A stretch of 64,000 nt of DNA from NCBI GenBank assembly GCA_043228905.1, contig JBHGNT010000021.1:10788001-10852000 (forward strand), written 5' to 3'. How positions within the stretch are numbered: position 1 is the stretch's first letter; each line of letters starts with the position of its first letter. The notes below the pieces were generated by a model. That model did not search any database and had not been told where the DNA came from. It saw nothing but the letters and a program-made list of their open reading frames with translations. This document shows positions 47,801-61,131 of the stretch, one piece after another. The translations under genes were made by a program, and so were the position numbers. This DNA is from Azolla caroliniana. Its lineage: Eukaryota; Plantae; Polypodiophyta.

Positions 47801-50257
47801 TCATGGCTGCAGCTTTGCATTTAACACATATTGATCAAACACTTGTTTCCCAAGCTCAATGTTACCCCACCTCAGGCTACCATCCAGCAAAATACGGCAC
47901 ACTGCTCTTGAATCGGGTATTTCTTTCATCAGAGAAATCACCCTCCTTAGGTCACCTGCACGGCTGAAGAGATTGATGAGGCAAGATAAATGCTCACTGG
48001 TTGGAATGATGCCATACTTTTTGCTCATCTCTTCATAGTATTTCTCACCCTTACTCACCAGACCTAGGTGGCTGCAAACAGTCATTACACTGAGAAATGT
48101 GATATCATCAGGCTTTTCACCTTCTTCTCTCATTCTGTTGAAGACATGGAAAGCATAATCACTCTTTTCTAATTCTGCATACCCTGCAATTAGTGTTGTC
48201 CACGATATCACATCATGTACCGGTAATCTGTCAAACACTTCCTGTGCTTTCACAATCACACCACATTTGGCATACATATTGATTAATGCATTGCCAACCT
48301 CTAATTCGTTCTGTAACAAACCTTTCCTATCAATAAGTGCATGTATCTCAACACCTTTCTCAATAGCTCCAAAATTACCGCAGGCTTTCAAGAGACATAA
48401 TACCATAGCGGAATCTGGAGAGTAGCCCTCACGTTGCATTCGTTCAAAATAATGAAGTGCTTCCTTGCACTGATCATATTTTGCATACCCACTAATCAGC
48501 GAAGTCCACGAAATTATGTCACGACATACAAGATTGTCAAAAACTTCCTGTGCTTTCAAAAGTGCACCACGCCTACTATACATATCTATGACTGCATTGC
48601 CAATAGAAATATCTTCTAGCAACCCATTTGTAGAAATCTCGGAATATATCACTTCAACATTCTTAGCTGCCTCTATACTGCCACATGCTTTCAAAATGGA
48701 AAAATATGTCACACGATCAGGAGAAATACCCTCGAGTTTCATCTGCTTGAAGCACTTTAGAGCTTCCTCCCCATTTTCATGTTTCGCATATCCTGCAATT
48801 AATGTGGTCCACGCAACCATGTCCTTCACCGGAAGCTCCTCAAACACGTCCATGGCATTTGCAAACAAGCCACAAGTAGCATACATGTCAATCAGTGCTT
48901 TATTCAAACAAAGGTCTTTATCTAACAATCCTTTCCTTGCAATCTCAGCATGTAATTCTCTACCCTTATCTCCAACTCCAATGGCACCACAGGCTTTCAA
49001 GCAACAAAGATATGTGACAGGGTCAGGAGAAATCCCCTGAAATTGCATATTTTCATAACAGTTAAGAACTTCTTTCCCATCCTCCCATTTTATATATCCT
49101 GTGATCAATGCATTCCAAGAGATCACATCTCGGACTGGAAGCCTATCAAACACTTTCCGAGCTTTCTTCAAATGACCACATTTAGCATACATATCAATCA
49201 ATGCATTTCCAATATTAAGATCTGTCTCCAGTAGCCCTTTCTTCATGACCTCCGTATACATCTCTTTACCCTTACCTAGATTCTCAATCATTCCACAAGC
49301 TTTCAAGCAGGCCACAAGCGTAACAGAGTTGGAGGCCACATTGTCCAGCTGCATTTTCTCATAGACTATAAGTGCTTCTTCTGCATGCCCATGCTTCACA
49401 TATCCGGTAATGAGTGTTGTCCATGAAACTACATCTCGAGCAAAGAGATTGTTAGAAACCGAAAATGCTCTCGTAAGGCATCGGCATTTCACATACATAT
49501 CAATCAAAGCACAGCCAATAAGAAGGCCTCTTTCAAGCTCACCCTTCTTTGTGGAGATCTGGGCATGAATTTTCCAACCCTTGTCCAAATCCCCAAGACT
49601 TCCACAAGCTTTCAGAACACAGACGAATGTGACTTCATTTGGACTTACACCTTCCCATTGCATCCGCTCAAAATACTCTAGTGCTTCAAGGCAGAGCTCA
49701 TGGTCAGCGCATCCCCCAATCAATGTCGTCCATGACACAACATCTCTCATAGAAAGCTTCTCAAACACAGTTTTGGCCCTTGACAGTGAGCCACATTTGA
49801 TATACATGCCAATCAAGGTATTCCCCAGGATAAGATGTTCATTAAGCAAGCCTCTTCTAGAGATTTCAGCATGTAATTCACTTCCTCTCTCTAGATCATT
49901 GAGCTGACCGCAAGCCTTCAGTAGGGCTATAAAGACATAGCAATTCGTGTGTGCAAAAAGGTGCGACATATTCTCATACAGAAGGAGTGCTACGTCCGGA
50001 TCTCCAGAGTTAACATAGCCAAGAATGAGTGAAATCCAGGAGGTGTGGCTGGGGAGGAGTAGGCTTTCAAAGAGGATGTGTGCATTGCGGAGGCATCCAG
50101 CTTGAACAAGCATGGGGACTAACTCATTTCCGACACATTCATGAGCATCGGAACCGCACAGTTGCAGGGCAGTGGAGATAGATAACAGACGGTTTTTCCG
50201 TTCCCTGCATGTGCGCAGGACGCAGACAAGGTTCTCCACGCACGCCTGGGGGGGCAT
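47801..50257 (-). CDS. PLS-class PPR protein, degenerate E subclass (no DYW); may have an upstream exon
   Basis: Uninterrupted 818-aa ORF with seven PLS triplets and a shortened S2/E1 ending GSLRWGNIELG. The ATG is immediately preceded by the acceptor-like TTTTCCATTTGTAG. Confidence 0.93.
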   Translation of the reverse strand: MPPQACVENLVCVLRTCRERKNRLLSISTALQLCGSDAHECVGNELVPMLVQAGCLRNAHILFESLLLPSHTSWISLILGYVNSGDPDVALLLYENMSHLFAHTNCYVFIALLKACGQLNDLERGSELHAEISRRGLLNEHLILGNTLIGMYIKCGSLSRAKTVFEKLSMRDVVSWTTLIGGCADHELCLEALEYFERMQWEGVSPNEVTFVCVLKACGSLGDLDKGWKIHAQISTKKGELERGLLIGCALIDMYVKCRCLTRAFSVSNNLFARDVVSWTTLITGYVKHGHAEEALIVYEKMQLDNVASNSVTLVACLKACGMIENLGKGKEMYTEVMKKGLLETDLNIGNALIDMYAKCGHLKKARKVFDRLPVRDVISWNALITGYIKWEDGKEVLNCYENMQFQGISPDPVTYLCCLKACGAIGVGDKGRELHAEIARKGLLDKDLCLNKALIDMYATCGLFANAMDVFEELPVKDMVAWTTLIAGYAKHENGEEALKCFKQMKLEGISPDRVTYFSILKACGSIEAAKNVEVIYSEISTNGLLEDISIGNAVIDMYSRRGALLKAQEVFDNLVCRDIISWTSLISGYAKYDQCKEALHYFERMQREGYSPDSAMVLCLLKACGNFGAIEKGVEIHALIDRKGLLQNELEVGNALINMYAKCGVIVKAQEVFDRLPVHDVISWTTLIAGYAELEKSDYAFHVFNRMREEGEKPDDITFLSVMTVCSHLGLVSKGEKYYEEMSKKYGIIPTSEHLSCLINLFSRAGDLRRVISLMKEIPDSRAVCRILLDGSLRWGNIELGKQVFDQYVLNAKLQP

Positions 50258-50286
50258 CTACAAATGGAAAAATGGACAACCCTGTT

Positions 50287-50352
50287 GCCTCCTCCTCCTC
50301 CTCCTCCTCCTCTTCTTCTTCTTCTTCTTCTTCTTCTTCTTGATGATGATGA
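50287..50352. repeat. (CCT)n(TCT)n(TGA)n compound microsatellite 5' of the second PPR gene
   Basis: Direct reading. Confidence 0.95.
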
Positions 50353-51229
50353 TACACGCAGCAGCCTCCATCCATATGCGTGACTCGTGAGAGAGAAAGA
50401 GAGAGAGAATACATACATATATATATGTACATACTCAATGCTCTGCGCTGCGAACAAACAAAACATATATTTATTCGTTCGTTCGTTCGGTTTTTATTTA
50501 TATTTACATATACATACATATATGTACATAAACACCATCACCTACGCATGTTTAGTCGTTCCATACCCTCTTCTTGTTTCTCTTTGTAAGTGTTGTTTTC
50601 TCATCAAGGTTGTGGTATTATCAAAGCTCTCGGTGATTCCTACAGTGAGCTAAAGGGAGCTCTTGCTACCTAGTTGTATCCTCTTTGATTATAGTGAAGT
50701 TTTGGTGACTGAAGGGCATCTGTGGTTTTTTTCCCTGATTTGGGATTTTCCACGTATTAAACCGTGTGTTGCTTGATTTCTGTTTTGTGTCTCAGCATAT
50801 TTGTTGTTTACGTCTGAGTGTAAACCACTTCAATATATAGAAAGAGCCTGCTCGCTTCATCGGCAGACGAGGAGCGGGGCAAATCATGTCATTCAATGTC
50901 TCCTCCATCCACCTACCTCATCCTGGCCATGGCAGCGACCACACACGGGTGGGTGGCCTGTCATAGCAAATGGAGGGAGGGATGGAAGGAGGGAGGTAGG
51001 GAAAGGGCTTCCAACTCATTCATGCCTTGCATCTTCTCCCCACGCTCTCAATTGCCAAAACAGGTGCATGCACCTTCTATAATGCATTGCTTGAGATCTA
51101 CTTGATCCTCGTATTCTTAGATGCTGAAAATTTATGCATTGCTCACTTTGTGTTTGACAGACAGACTACTCCATCCAAATAAGAAGGGCTGGAATGTACT
51201 CGGGATGTCTTTCGAACAATCGACTTTCA

Positions 51230-54200
51230 TTGTACCCGTTATACGTCACACTTAGAGAGGGTGACTTGTTCTTGGTCGACATTCCCATGTCATCACCATT
51301 ACATGGATGACTCGGACACCACAGCAAGGCCAACATCATGCATCTATCTAGAGCCGGATACATCGCCAAACTCTGCTTCTCTGATCATCAATTCTGTGAG
51401 CATTGTCAATATGGCAAATAGATAGCCACATCTCACCCGACATCAACACCGAGAGAATCGAGTCCACTCGATTTGGTTCGCGCAGACGTCTGTGGCCCTA
51501 TGCCACATCAGGCTCTCGGCAGTGCCTTGGACTTCGTCAGCTTTATTGACAACTCGACTCGGAAGGTGTGGGCGTATCCAATAAAGACCAAAGATCGAGT
51601 GTTCTCGATTCTCTCCAATTGGCTCGCTATAGTAAAAAATCAGTCCGGTCGAAAACTTAAATGTCTTTGGACCGATAATGGAGGAGAGTTCAAATCTGAA
51701 GGATTCATCAATTTTGCGGACAACACGGCATTCGACGTGAATATACGGCACCCTATAGTACAAAGCAAAATGGAATTGTCGAGCAGATGAATCAGACAAT
51801 TCAAGAAAGGATAACTTTCTATGCTCCAACACTCCGAACAGTTGGATGTCTTCTGGGCAGAGGCCCTACTTATGGTAGTACACATAATCAATATGTTGCC
51901 AAGTAGGCCTCTAGGACTTCGAATACCTCAAGAATTATGGACCGGCAGTAAGTCGAGTTACTGAGGATTTTCGACTGCGAGGCGTACGCCCTCATCCCGA
52001 AGGACGATCGCCGAAAACTCAAACCACGTTCCAAGAAATGTGTTTTCCTTGGTTATGGACTAGATGCTGAAATCGGATATCGACTCTAGGACCCCGAGCA
52101 CAGACAAATCATTCGAAGTTCAGACGTAGTGTTCAATGAGTCGGCAATGCATAAGACGGTCGAAAGGCCTATTGAACTCTGAAGGGTAACTTTTTCCAAA
52201 GTGCCAACCCTTCATGAAGGCCTATCCCATAACACAAGATCGGCTTCACGGGTAGCCGTATCTTCTAGCCCCGACTTGACAACACTTGACTCGGAACAAC
52301 CGCATGGTTCGACTCTAGATCATCCAACTTCGACAACTGATGCGACTAGTCCAGTCATACCTCGAAGATCCGAGAGACTGTCGTAGCCCCCAGAGAAATA
52401 CTCTCCTGGAATCTTCTTTACGGACGTCGGAGAACCAACAACATACGAAGAAGCATCGGCATTTGCCGATTCGGCCACCTGGCATCTGGCAACAGAGTCC
52501 GAGATTAACTCCATTCGAGCAACCAAACTCGGGACTTGGTCGAGCTCCCGAAGAATCAACGTGCTCTTTCGTGCAAGTGGGTCTATTGAGTCAAAGAGAC
52601 GTCTGATTCGGCCACCCCAAAAATCAAGGCCAGACTAGTAGCTAAGGGTTTTCGATAGGAATATGGTGTCGATTTCGACGAAATCTTTTCACCAGTAGTG
52701 AAAATGACAACCCTTAGATTCATGCTTGACGTCGTCGCAACCGAGGATTTGGAGCTGATTCAGCTAGATGTCAAAATGGCCTTCCTCCATGGTGATCTAG
52801 AGGAGGAAATTTATATGGAGCAGCTGAAAGGCTTCGTGACACCCGACCAGGAACATCTACTCTGCCGACTGAAGAAGAGTCTATACGGCCTGGAACATGT
52901 ACTGCGACTGTGGTATAAGAAGTTCAATGACTTCATTTAGTCGATCGGCTTCTCTAAGAGCGATGAGGATCACTGCCTCTTCACGAAAAAACTACTCGAT
53001 AAGGGTCACCCATCTTCCTCATCATCTACATGGACGACATGATAATCTCCGGTCAGCAAGCCAGAGAGCTTGCCAAACTCATTTGGCAACTACAGTTGAA
53101 GTTTGCCATGAAGGACCTCAGTCCGGAAAGACACATTCTTGGCATGAAGATTAGTCGGAATCGAAATCGAAGACAATTGTTTTTGTTCCAATACGACTAT
53201 ATTAGATGTATCCTGGAACGCTTCAACATGCAATCAGCAAAATCTGCTTCAACCCCGCTCCCCATTAGCCTTCAGTTGTCTCAGTGAGCCTGCCTAACAT
53301 CCGGTTCGGCGGGGGAAACTATGAAGTTGGTACTGTATGCACTGGCAGTTTGCTCCTTGATGTATGCGATGGTCGCAACACGACCTGACATTGCTCACGC
53401 CGTAGGAGTTGTCAGCAGATTCATGCACAACCCTGGCTGATCGCACTGGAACGCAATAAAGCATGTGTTCAGATATCTGGTGGGCACAAAAGAAGTTTGC
53501 ATTCTATTCAGTCTGGACGGCACCTCAGATGTAGTCGGCTATACCGACTCGAACTTTGCTTAGATGTGTGGACAGTCGGAAATCGACAACCGGATATTGC
53601 TTTAAGTTCGGCAATGGAGCAATCTCATGGAAATCAAAACTTCAGGAGTGCACTGCCACATCAACGACCAAGCCAAATATGTAGCTGCGTCTGATGCGGC
53701 GAAAGAGGACTTATGGCTTTTTGATCGGTTGGCTTGCATGTTTCGACAAGTCGAATCCGACTTGGCTCCAGTTGTCTACAGTGACCGTCGAGGTGTTGTC
53801 GCTCTATCAAAAAATCCGATTCATCACAACACCTCCAAGAATATTGACGTTCGATATCACTTTGTTTAGGACTACGTCATCTCAGGAAAAATCAGCCTCG
53901 AAAAGATATCTGCAGTCCAAAATGTTGCAGATGGGATGACCAAATGTCTTTCGGCAGATCGATTCTGTTTCCTACGACACCCGATGGGCGTAACTAAGAA
54001 TCAGTCTGATTAAGTCGGACACTCGGGATGTCTTTCGAATGATCGACTTCCACAACTCGAAGCTCGGTCTTAGTTTTCCTAATGAACGTATTCACATTGT
54101 CTCCCTTTGTACACACTAGGTTTAGGCTATTTATGTAAATAGTGAGAAGGACATTTGCCTTGAGTCAGTCAGTATATAAACTGATTTTGTAACCTAGCTT

Positions 54201-54280
54201 TCGTGTTGTTGCAAATATAGTTCATCTTGTGCCTAACGTCTCTCTCTCTTGCGTTCTTGTTGATCTTCTTTCTTGACTCT
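51230..54280 (+). mobile_element. 5'-truncated degenerate Ty1/copia pol (pre-integrase, INT, RT, RNase H)
   Basis: FCEHCQYGK; ADVCGPM..FIDNSTRKVW..TDNGGEF; KARLVAKGF; QLDVKMAFLHGDLEEEIYMEQ; YMDDM; KNPIHHNTSKNIDVRYHF. INT precedes RT; many stops. Confidence 0.92.
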
Positions 54281-54289
54281 GTTTCTAGT

Positions 54290-55362
54290 TGCCATCAATC
54301 TTCTTCATTGCATCTATTAACAATCCCCTCACAGAAGAGTGCTCAGATTGTTCCACACCTAGACGACTGCGTTCTCAACAAACTATCCCTCCCCTTTTTG
54401 GGACATTCATATATGCCCTCAATGTTTGTGGAAGTATATAGAGGAGCTTCTCCTCATTGTGATTCATTCCTTGATTCTCCAATTTGGACTCCCTTCTCTC
54501 ACTTCTTAATCATAGTTAGCTCCATGGAGCTTGTAATAAACTATTTTGGTAATCTTGCTTAAGAATAGTTAATGGAACTTCTCTTTTTCTTGTTCTCTCT
54601 TCTCCCGACCATGCTTTGGGCTCATTTTGAGACCCCCATGTTCTAGGTTTGTCACACTTGGTATCAAAGCAAGCCACGAATGGTGGAGAAGGATGTCAAG
54701 GAAGAGGGTTCCATGGGAAGAGAAGGAGATAAAAGAAGGGATTGGGAATCAAAGGCAATCATGAAGCCATGAAGGGAGGAGACTGAGAGGGAGATCACAT
54801 TGGGGCAACTCATGGAAGCCTTGTTGAAAGAAGTGAAGGAGCCAAAGCCTATGAAGAACAAAGAATGGGTCAAGAGAAAGAAACCACTCAAGAAAAGCTA
54901 CAAAAGAATACCACCAAAGGAGTACACAGGGATGAGGGAGTCTTGGGTGCTCGAGAAATGGATCATCGAAGTGGAGAGCTACTTGGAGTGGTGTTGAATG
55001 AAGGCACAAGATTGGGTGGAGGTATCCAATGATTTTCTTGAAGGTGCCACGGTACGAAGATTGGTGCTTGCAAGAGAGGCAAAAGAGGCCCTTCGAGGAT
55101 TGGAGAGACTTCAACTGGCATGTGTGGATGAGTTTCATCTCAAGGGATGAGACCTCGAAGAAAGAAAGGGAGGAAAGAAGGGGATTTTCTCAATCGATTG
55201 GGAAAATTGATGCGTACCCTTCTAATGTAAAAAATGTTATGAATGAAATAATAAAGGCTTATGATCGTGAAAGGTTGAACAATGAAGGGCCAACCATGGT
55301 GATCGAGCAAGAGGCCAAGATGGAGGAGTTGTGAAGGCACGAGCTCGAGAAAAGAGAACATC
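54290..55362 (+). mobile_element. LTR end, tRNA-iMet PBS and degenerate gag start of an LTR element
   Basis: ...TGTCACA-CT-TGGTATCAAAGC at ~54651-54670; PKEYTGMRESWVLEKWIIEVESYL. Confidence 0.65.
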
Positions 55363-55730
55363 CGTGTTGAGATATCAAGCTGAACTAGATTTAGTTAGTT
55401 AGTCAACACATGTAACTTAGTAGTTACCTAGATGGAATCTAGTTAGTGTGTTGACCTTAAAGCCTTAAACAGGATTTTGTACTTGAGTGGTTAATTACGT
55501 AATTCTTAACAATCTGATTGGATCACGTCAAGAATTCCTTTGCTTACATTTCTTTCCTTTTGGAAGGGGAGGCGATGTTGTTTACCCTTCTAATGTAAAC
55601 AATGTTATGTATGAAATAATAAAGGCTTATGATCATGATAGGTTGAACAATGAAGGGCCAACCATGGTGATCGAGCAAGAGGCCAAGATGGAGGAGTTGT
55701 GAAGGCACGAACTCAAGAAAAGAGAACATC

Positions 55731-57135
55731 CGATTGGATCACGTCAAGAATTCCTTTGCTTACATTTCTTTCATTTTGGAAGGGGAGGCAATGTTGTTTG
55801 TCGAGCTGACATGCTTCACACACTCGGTCGACTTGCTTTGACCCAAAGGTTGGAAGTCCCATGACAACTCCCTTCGATTGCATTGCTCGAAGCCGTTGGA
55901 GGTTGATGTGGTTGATTCTCTTGTGCCATACTTCGATATTTGTCTCAATCTTAAGACCTTTGGCATGCATGGCTAATTTTACCTTGTCCGAATCGAGAAT
56001 AAACATTCGGCCTTGTCTTCATCTTTTGGCTATGAGTCAACCATTCTTTTCAATAAAGTAGCCTCCATTGTTGAAATGGACTTGCATGCCTTGCTCCACG
56101 ATTTGGCCGACTAAGACCAAATTCTTCGTTATTGTAGGAATGTGTAAGAAATTCTTAATGCATTTGTTTTTACTATCTTTACCGAATGGAACAATGTTGA
56201 TGTGCCGACTGGGATGTGTGGTATCTTCCCTTGTCTCCACTCTTTGTGGGACGTCATGTAATTTGAGACACTGGAGTCGACGAAACACACATCTTCTGAT
56301 AGAGATGTGCTGGCCGAACTAGGTGTCGACATGGTGTTTGCCTTATGTTGCATGACGAACATTCCACCGCAGTCTTCAAAGTTAGAGTTTGTGGTGTAGT
56401 TTGTGAGTTGTTGGCTTGTGGAAGCCGACTCATTTCTCTCCTTTCGGAACTCCTCTTCGTAGTGGCCGATCTTCCCACAATAATTGCAAGTAATGGGCGT
56501 ATTTTGCAGTCCTTGTTCGGCATGTAAGCTCCCCTTCCTTCGAAGGTTCCTCGAATGATTCCGTCTTCTTGCCGAAGGTTTGAATTACCTTCGTGAGATG
56601 GGCTGAATTGACCTCCTCTGCCTTGGCCGAATCAGCCTTTTCTGCCGCCATGACTTCGTCCTTGGCTACCATTCGAATTCGAGAAGAAAATTTGTCCTTC
56701 CAACATCTTACTCTTGTTTTGGATGTGGTTCTCTTTGACCAATAGCATTGATTGAAGGTCGAAGAACGAATGAGGGTTTTCTCTCACCAAGATTTCCGTC
56801 CTTATCGGATCAAATCGTTGTGTGAGGCCACCCAAGCACACTTGCACCATTTCTTCCTCTTCAATGTTTATGTTGATGGAGTTGAGTTCCAAATACACTT
56901 GATATTGCATGTGTAATCCGACATAGATATATCCTGTTGCCGAATGTTGTTCAACTCTTGCCAGAGTTGAAGTTTGCGGGCGGTTGTGTTGGCGGCGAAT
57001 ATTTTCTTCAAGTTCTCCCACGCTTCTTTAGGCGTCTTGGCGTCTTGAATGTGGCTTAGCATGTGGTCGTGGATATATGTTGCCAAACAATACATTACCC
57101 GACTAGCTCCTTGCTCTCACATTGGGTAGTGGGCA
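55731..57135 (-). mobile_element. Ty1/copia gag-protease-pre-integrase fragment
   Basis: DAKTPKEAWENLKKIFAANTTARKLQL; knuckle CNYCGKIGHYEEE; CFVDSSVSNYMT; VWHKRINHIN..CEACQLDKQ. Confidence 0.88.
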
Positions 57136-57138
57136 TTT

Positions 57139-60100
57139 GTGATGTTGGGTTTATTTTCGAGGGCGTTGTTTGATTCGGGAAGCTCACACAACTTTGTGAA
57201 TGATCATTTGGTTCAGATATGGGGAATCCAACCCACCGCAAGTGATCACACCTATACGGTGCACTTGGATGATGAACGAGTACAATACATCAACGGGGCA
57301 ATTCATTCATTAGGAATTTCTATTCATACTTATATAGAGGAAGTAGACTTCCATGTAATGAATCTTTGTACCATTGATGTAATACTGGGTTATCCCTGGT
57401 TCTATAATAAAAGCTCTTCTTTATCTATTGATTGGGTTTATCATTCAATTACATTTGTACTGAATGACTGTACTCATTTTATTCAATGTGTAAAAAAACA
57501 ATCCTTCTCGATTGTTTTCTCTCCATCAATATCCGAGTTGTCTTGTTCTACTCTATTTTATTGTGTACTTGATCCGGACATTCACGTTTACAATATCAAT
57601 AATGTCTCGGTTCAATTAACATATTTTGAACAACAACAACTTGATGAAATCTTAAATGATTTTCGTGATGTTTTTCTGGGTGAACTACCAGATGGGTTAC
57701 CTCCTAAACGTAATATAAACCATCGTATAGATATTGTACCTGGCATTGCACCAATAAGTATACCTCCTTATCGCTTAAGTAGATTTGAAGAGGATGAGGT
57801 ATCTAAGCAACTCAAGGACTATTTACGAATGGGTTATATACGTTAAAGTAAATCTCCATGGGGTGCACTAGTTCTCTTGGTTAAAAAGAAAGAGGGCACA
57901 TGGCGTATGTGTATTAATTACCGACACTTGAATAAAGTGACGATCAAGAATTCGTATCCATTGCCCCGAGCTGACGATCTAATTGACTGTCTCCAGGAAG
58001 CTTGGTATTTTACGAAACTTGATCTCCGTACTGGCTACCATCAAATTCGTATAAGTGAGGACGATGTTCCTAAAATGGCATTTCGTACGCGTTATGTCCA
58101 TTATGAGTTTTTAGTTATGCCTTTTGGTTTGACCAATGCTCCAGCTACATTTCAACAAGAAATGAATGACATTTTCCGAGAACAACTTGGAAAATTTTTC
58201 GTTATTTTCTTGGATGATATTTTAGTTTATAGCCGTACAATACAAGAACATGCTAAACATGTACGCTTTGTTTTACAAACATTGCGTAACAAACAATTTT
58301 ATGCGAAGATCTCAAAATGTGAGTTCTTCAAGAAATCAATTACTTATCTTGGACATTTCATAACTGAATGAGGAGTTGAAATTGATCCTTGTTGCATCGA
58401 GAAAATCAAGCTTTGGCCCACTCTTCGGAATATTCGAGAAGTTCGATCATTCCTTGGTTTTGTCGAGTTTTTGCGAAAATCCCTTCGTAATTACTCCCAA
58501 TTGACGACGCCATTTACTAATCTTCTAAAAGGTCAAACACATAAGTCTACAAAACCTATTGTGTGGAATGCTACACTAGACCTCCCCTTTAAGGAACTCA
58601 ATGACCTAGTGTGCAAGGCTCCTTCACTTCTTTTACCTGATCCTTCAAAACCTTTTGAGGTTGAAACCGATGCAAGCAATTATGCTATAGGTGTTGTCTT
58701 ATATCAAGATGGTAAACCAATAACATTCGAGAGTAAGAAACTTGATTCTACTTAATGTTGGTATACCGTTCAAGAAAATGAATTATTTGTAGTTATACAT
58801 GCGCTCAAAACATGGCGCCATTATGTTTATGGAAATCGTTTTGTGGTAACTACGGACCACGAGTCCTTGAAATATTTTTGTGACCAACAAGACCTGAAAG
58901 GTCGTAAGGCATGATGGGCTGATCTCATCCAGGACTTTGATTTTGCCATATGATATCGTAAAGGTTCCATGAACACTATCGTTGATACACTAAGTCGTAT
59001 CCGTGAAGTTAACATGCTTAGCCTCATTGAAATAACATCAGATCTTTATGATCACCTTCGAGGAAAGTATCTTTATGAAAATTATTTTGCGAAATACTAG
59101 GCAAGAGTTGAGTCTGGAACAGACACCACCACATCCTTGAAGGAATACTTCCACATTGCTAACGGTCTGCTCTACCGTAATGGGAAGGTTTGTGTTCCAG
59201 ATTTGCCTGAGGTAAAAAAGAGAATTCTTTTTGAATGCCATGATGCACCCTCAGTAGGGCACCCAGGAATACATCGTACACTCGTTCTCATCTCCACTCA
59301 ATTTTATTGGCCTAAGATGCGTCCTGACATACATAGCTATGTGACTAAATGTCACCAATGTTAGGTTAACAAAGCCGAGCGACTTAAAGCCGCAGGACTT
59401 TTACATCCCTTGGACATTCCCAATAATAAGTGGGAAAGTATATCTGTGGATTTTATTGTTAGCCTTCCTCGCACCCAAAAAGGCCATGATGCCATCTGGG
59501 TTGTGGTTGATAGACTAACTAAAATGCCCAAATTTATTGCTACAAAAACCAGAGTAACAACTCCTGAATTGGCTTACCAATTCATTGAGGAGTTATTTCA
59601 TATTTATGGGTTACCGATTGATATTGTGAGTGATCGAGATCCAAAGTTTACTAGTGACTGCTGGACGCAAGTCTTTAAGAAGTTAGAAACTACATTGAGC
59701 ATGAACTCCACGGATCATCCTCAATCCGATGGACAAACAGAACGAGTAAATCAAATTATTGAGGATAGGCTTCGAGCATACATTGGTGCAAAACCAACAA
59801 AATGGGAACGTTATCTCCCAATTTTGGAGTTTGCTTATAACAGCTCCAAGCATACGTCGACGGGATATAGTCCTTTTATGTCGATGTATGGTTTTCAGCC
59901 ACGAGCCCCAATTGATGTTAATATATAGCATGATGAGTTGCGAAGTACGCAAAGATTTCTTCGGGATAGGCAAGATATGTTGTATATTCCACGAGATAAT
60001 CTAAAAAGAGCTCAAGATAGAGCACGTTTTTATGCCAATAATCATAGGCAACCTCGTGTATTCAACCCTGGACAGAAGGTATTTTTACACGTACCTCACA

Positions 60101-60960
60101 ATTCTAAGACATTGTCTAAGGGTAAGTGCGCTAAGTTAGCCCCACAGTTTTGTGGACCTTTTACAGTCCTCAAACGCATTGAGTCATCAGCCTATCGTCT
60201 CACTCTTCCCAATGGTGTTGAAATTCATCAAGTTTTTCATGTGAGTCATCTAAAAGAACTTCTAAGTTCTGGCAACAATACAGTTACAATTGAAACTCTA
60301 GTTACTTCTGAAGAATTATCTTCTAAACCACATGTACTAGAAAGAATTCTCGATGTTAAAACAAAAAAATTACGTACTAAAGAAATCCGAGAATTTAAAA
60401 TAAAATGGATGGATAAATCAATAAAAGATGCCACATGGGAACGCGAAAATTCTCTCATAACTAACTTCCCTAACTTTCCATTGCAAGAGTGCAATGTTTT
60501 AAAGAGGGGGGAGTATGTTACGGGCATGACCATATAATATCCCATGATGAGAATTTACCGTAGTATTCTATACACGTGGATAAGTGTGAGGGTTAAATGA
60601 GAGTGTAAAGAAGGGGAGGATTACTTTTAATCCTCGGGATTGAGACAACCCATTAGGCTAAGTGTGAACTTGCCTAGGGGCCTTGGGTATCGCTAAAAAT
60701 AAGAGGCCTAGCTACCCTCATTTCATCATCTTTTGACTATGTTGAGACTCTATTCTTGTGGTGGGTCAACTCTTGTAGCAAGCGCACTAGCACTAGGTAC
60801 AACTCGACGCTGCAACGGTGGTATGGGACGCCGATCGAGGCTCGAGTCTGTCTCGATCCCTTCGCTCGAGGGTGGTCGGGTGGATCGGCACCCTTCTTTC
60901 TCTCTCTCCTTTCTATCTAGATCTATCGTTTATCCTTATCCTTTGCTTACATTAGTACAT
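57139..60960 (+). mobile_element. Ty3/gypsy chromovirus pol (pro-RT-RH-INT-chromodomain) with PPT and 3' LTR; gag missing
   Basis: FDSGSSHNF; [10 protein letters not shown]; [10 protein letters not shown]; FLDDIL; ETDASNYAIG; ECHDAPSVGHPG; DGQTERVN; GPF motif; ERILD..KIKW..ATWE; PPT AAAGAGGGGGGAG then TGTTAC at 60516; in-frame stops. Confidence 0.93.
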
Positions 60961-61131
60961 GTCTCTAATAATTGGAGAAAGATTTAGTGGTATCACAATG
61001 CGTAAAAGCATCAATGTTGGAAGGAGTCAATTTGGGCATGATCGAGGAACCACAGCCGGTGAATATGGCAAAGGAAATGCCACTGTCAGATAAGATGGCG
61101 ATGTTCATATTATTGAAAGAATTTAAAGATG

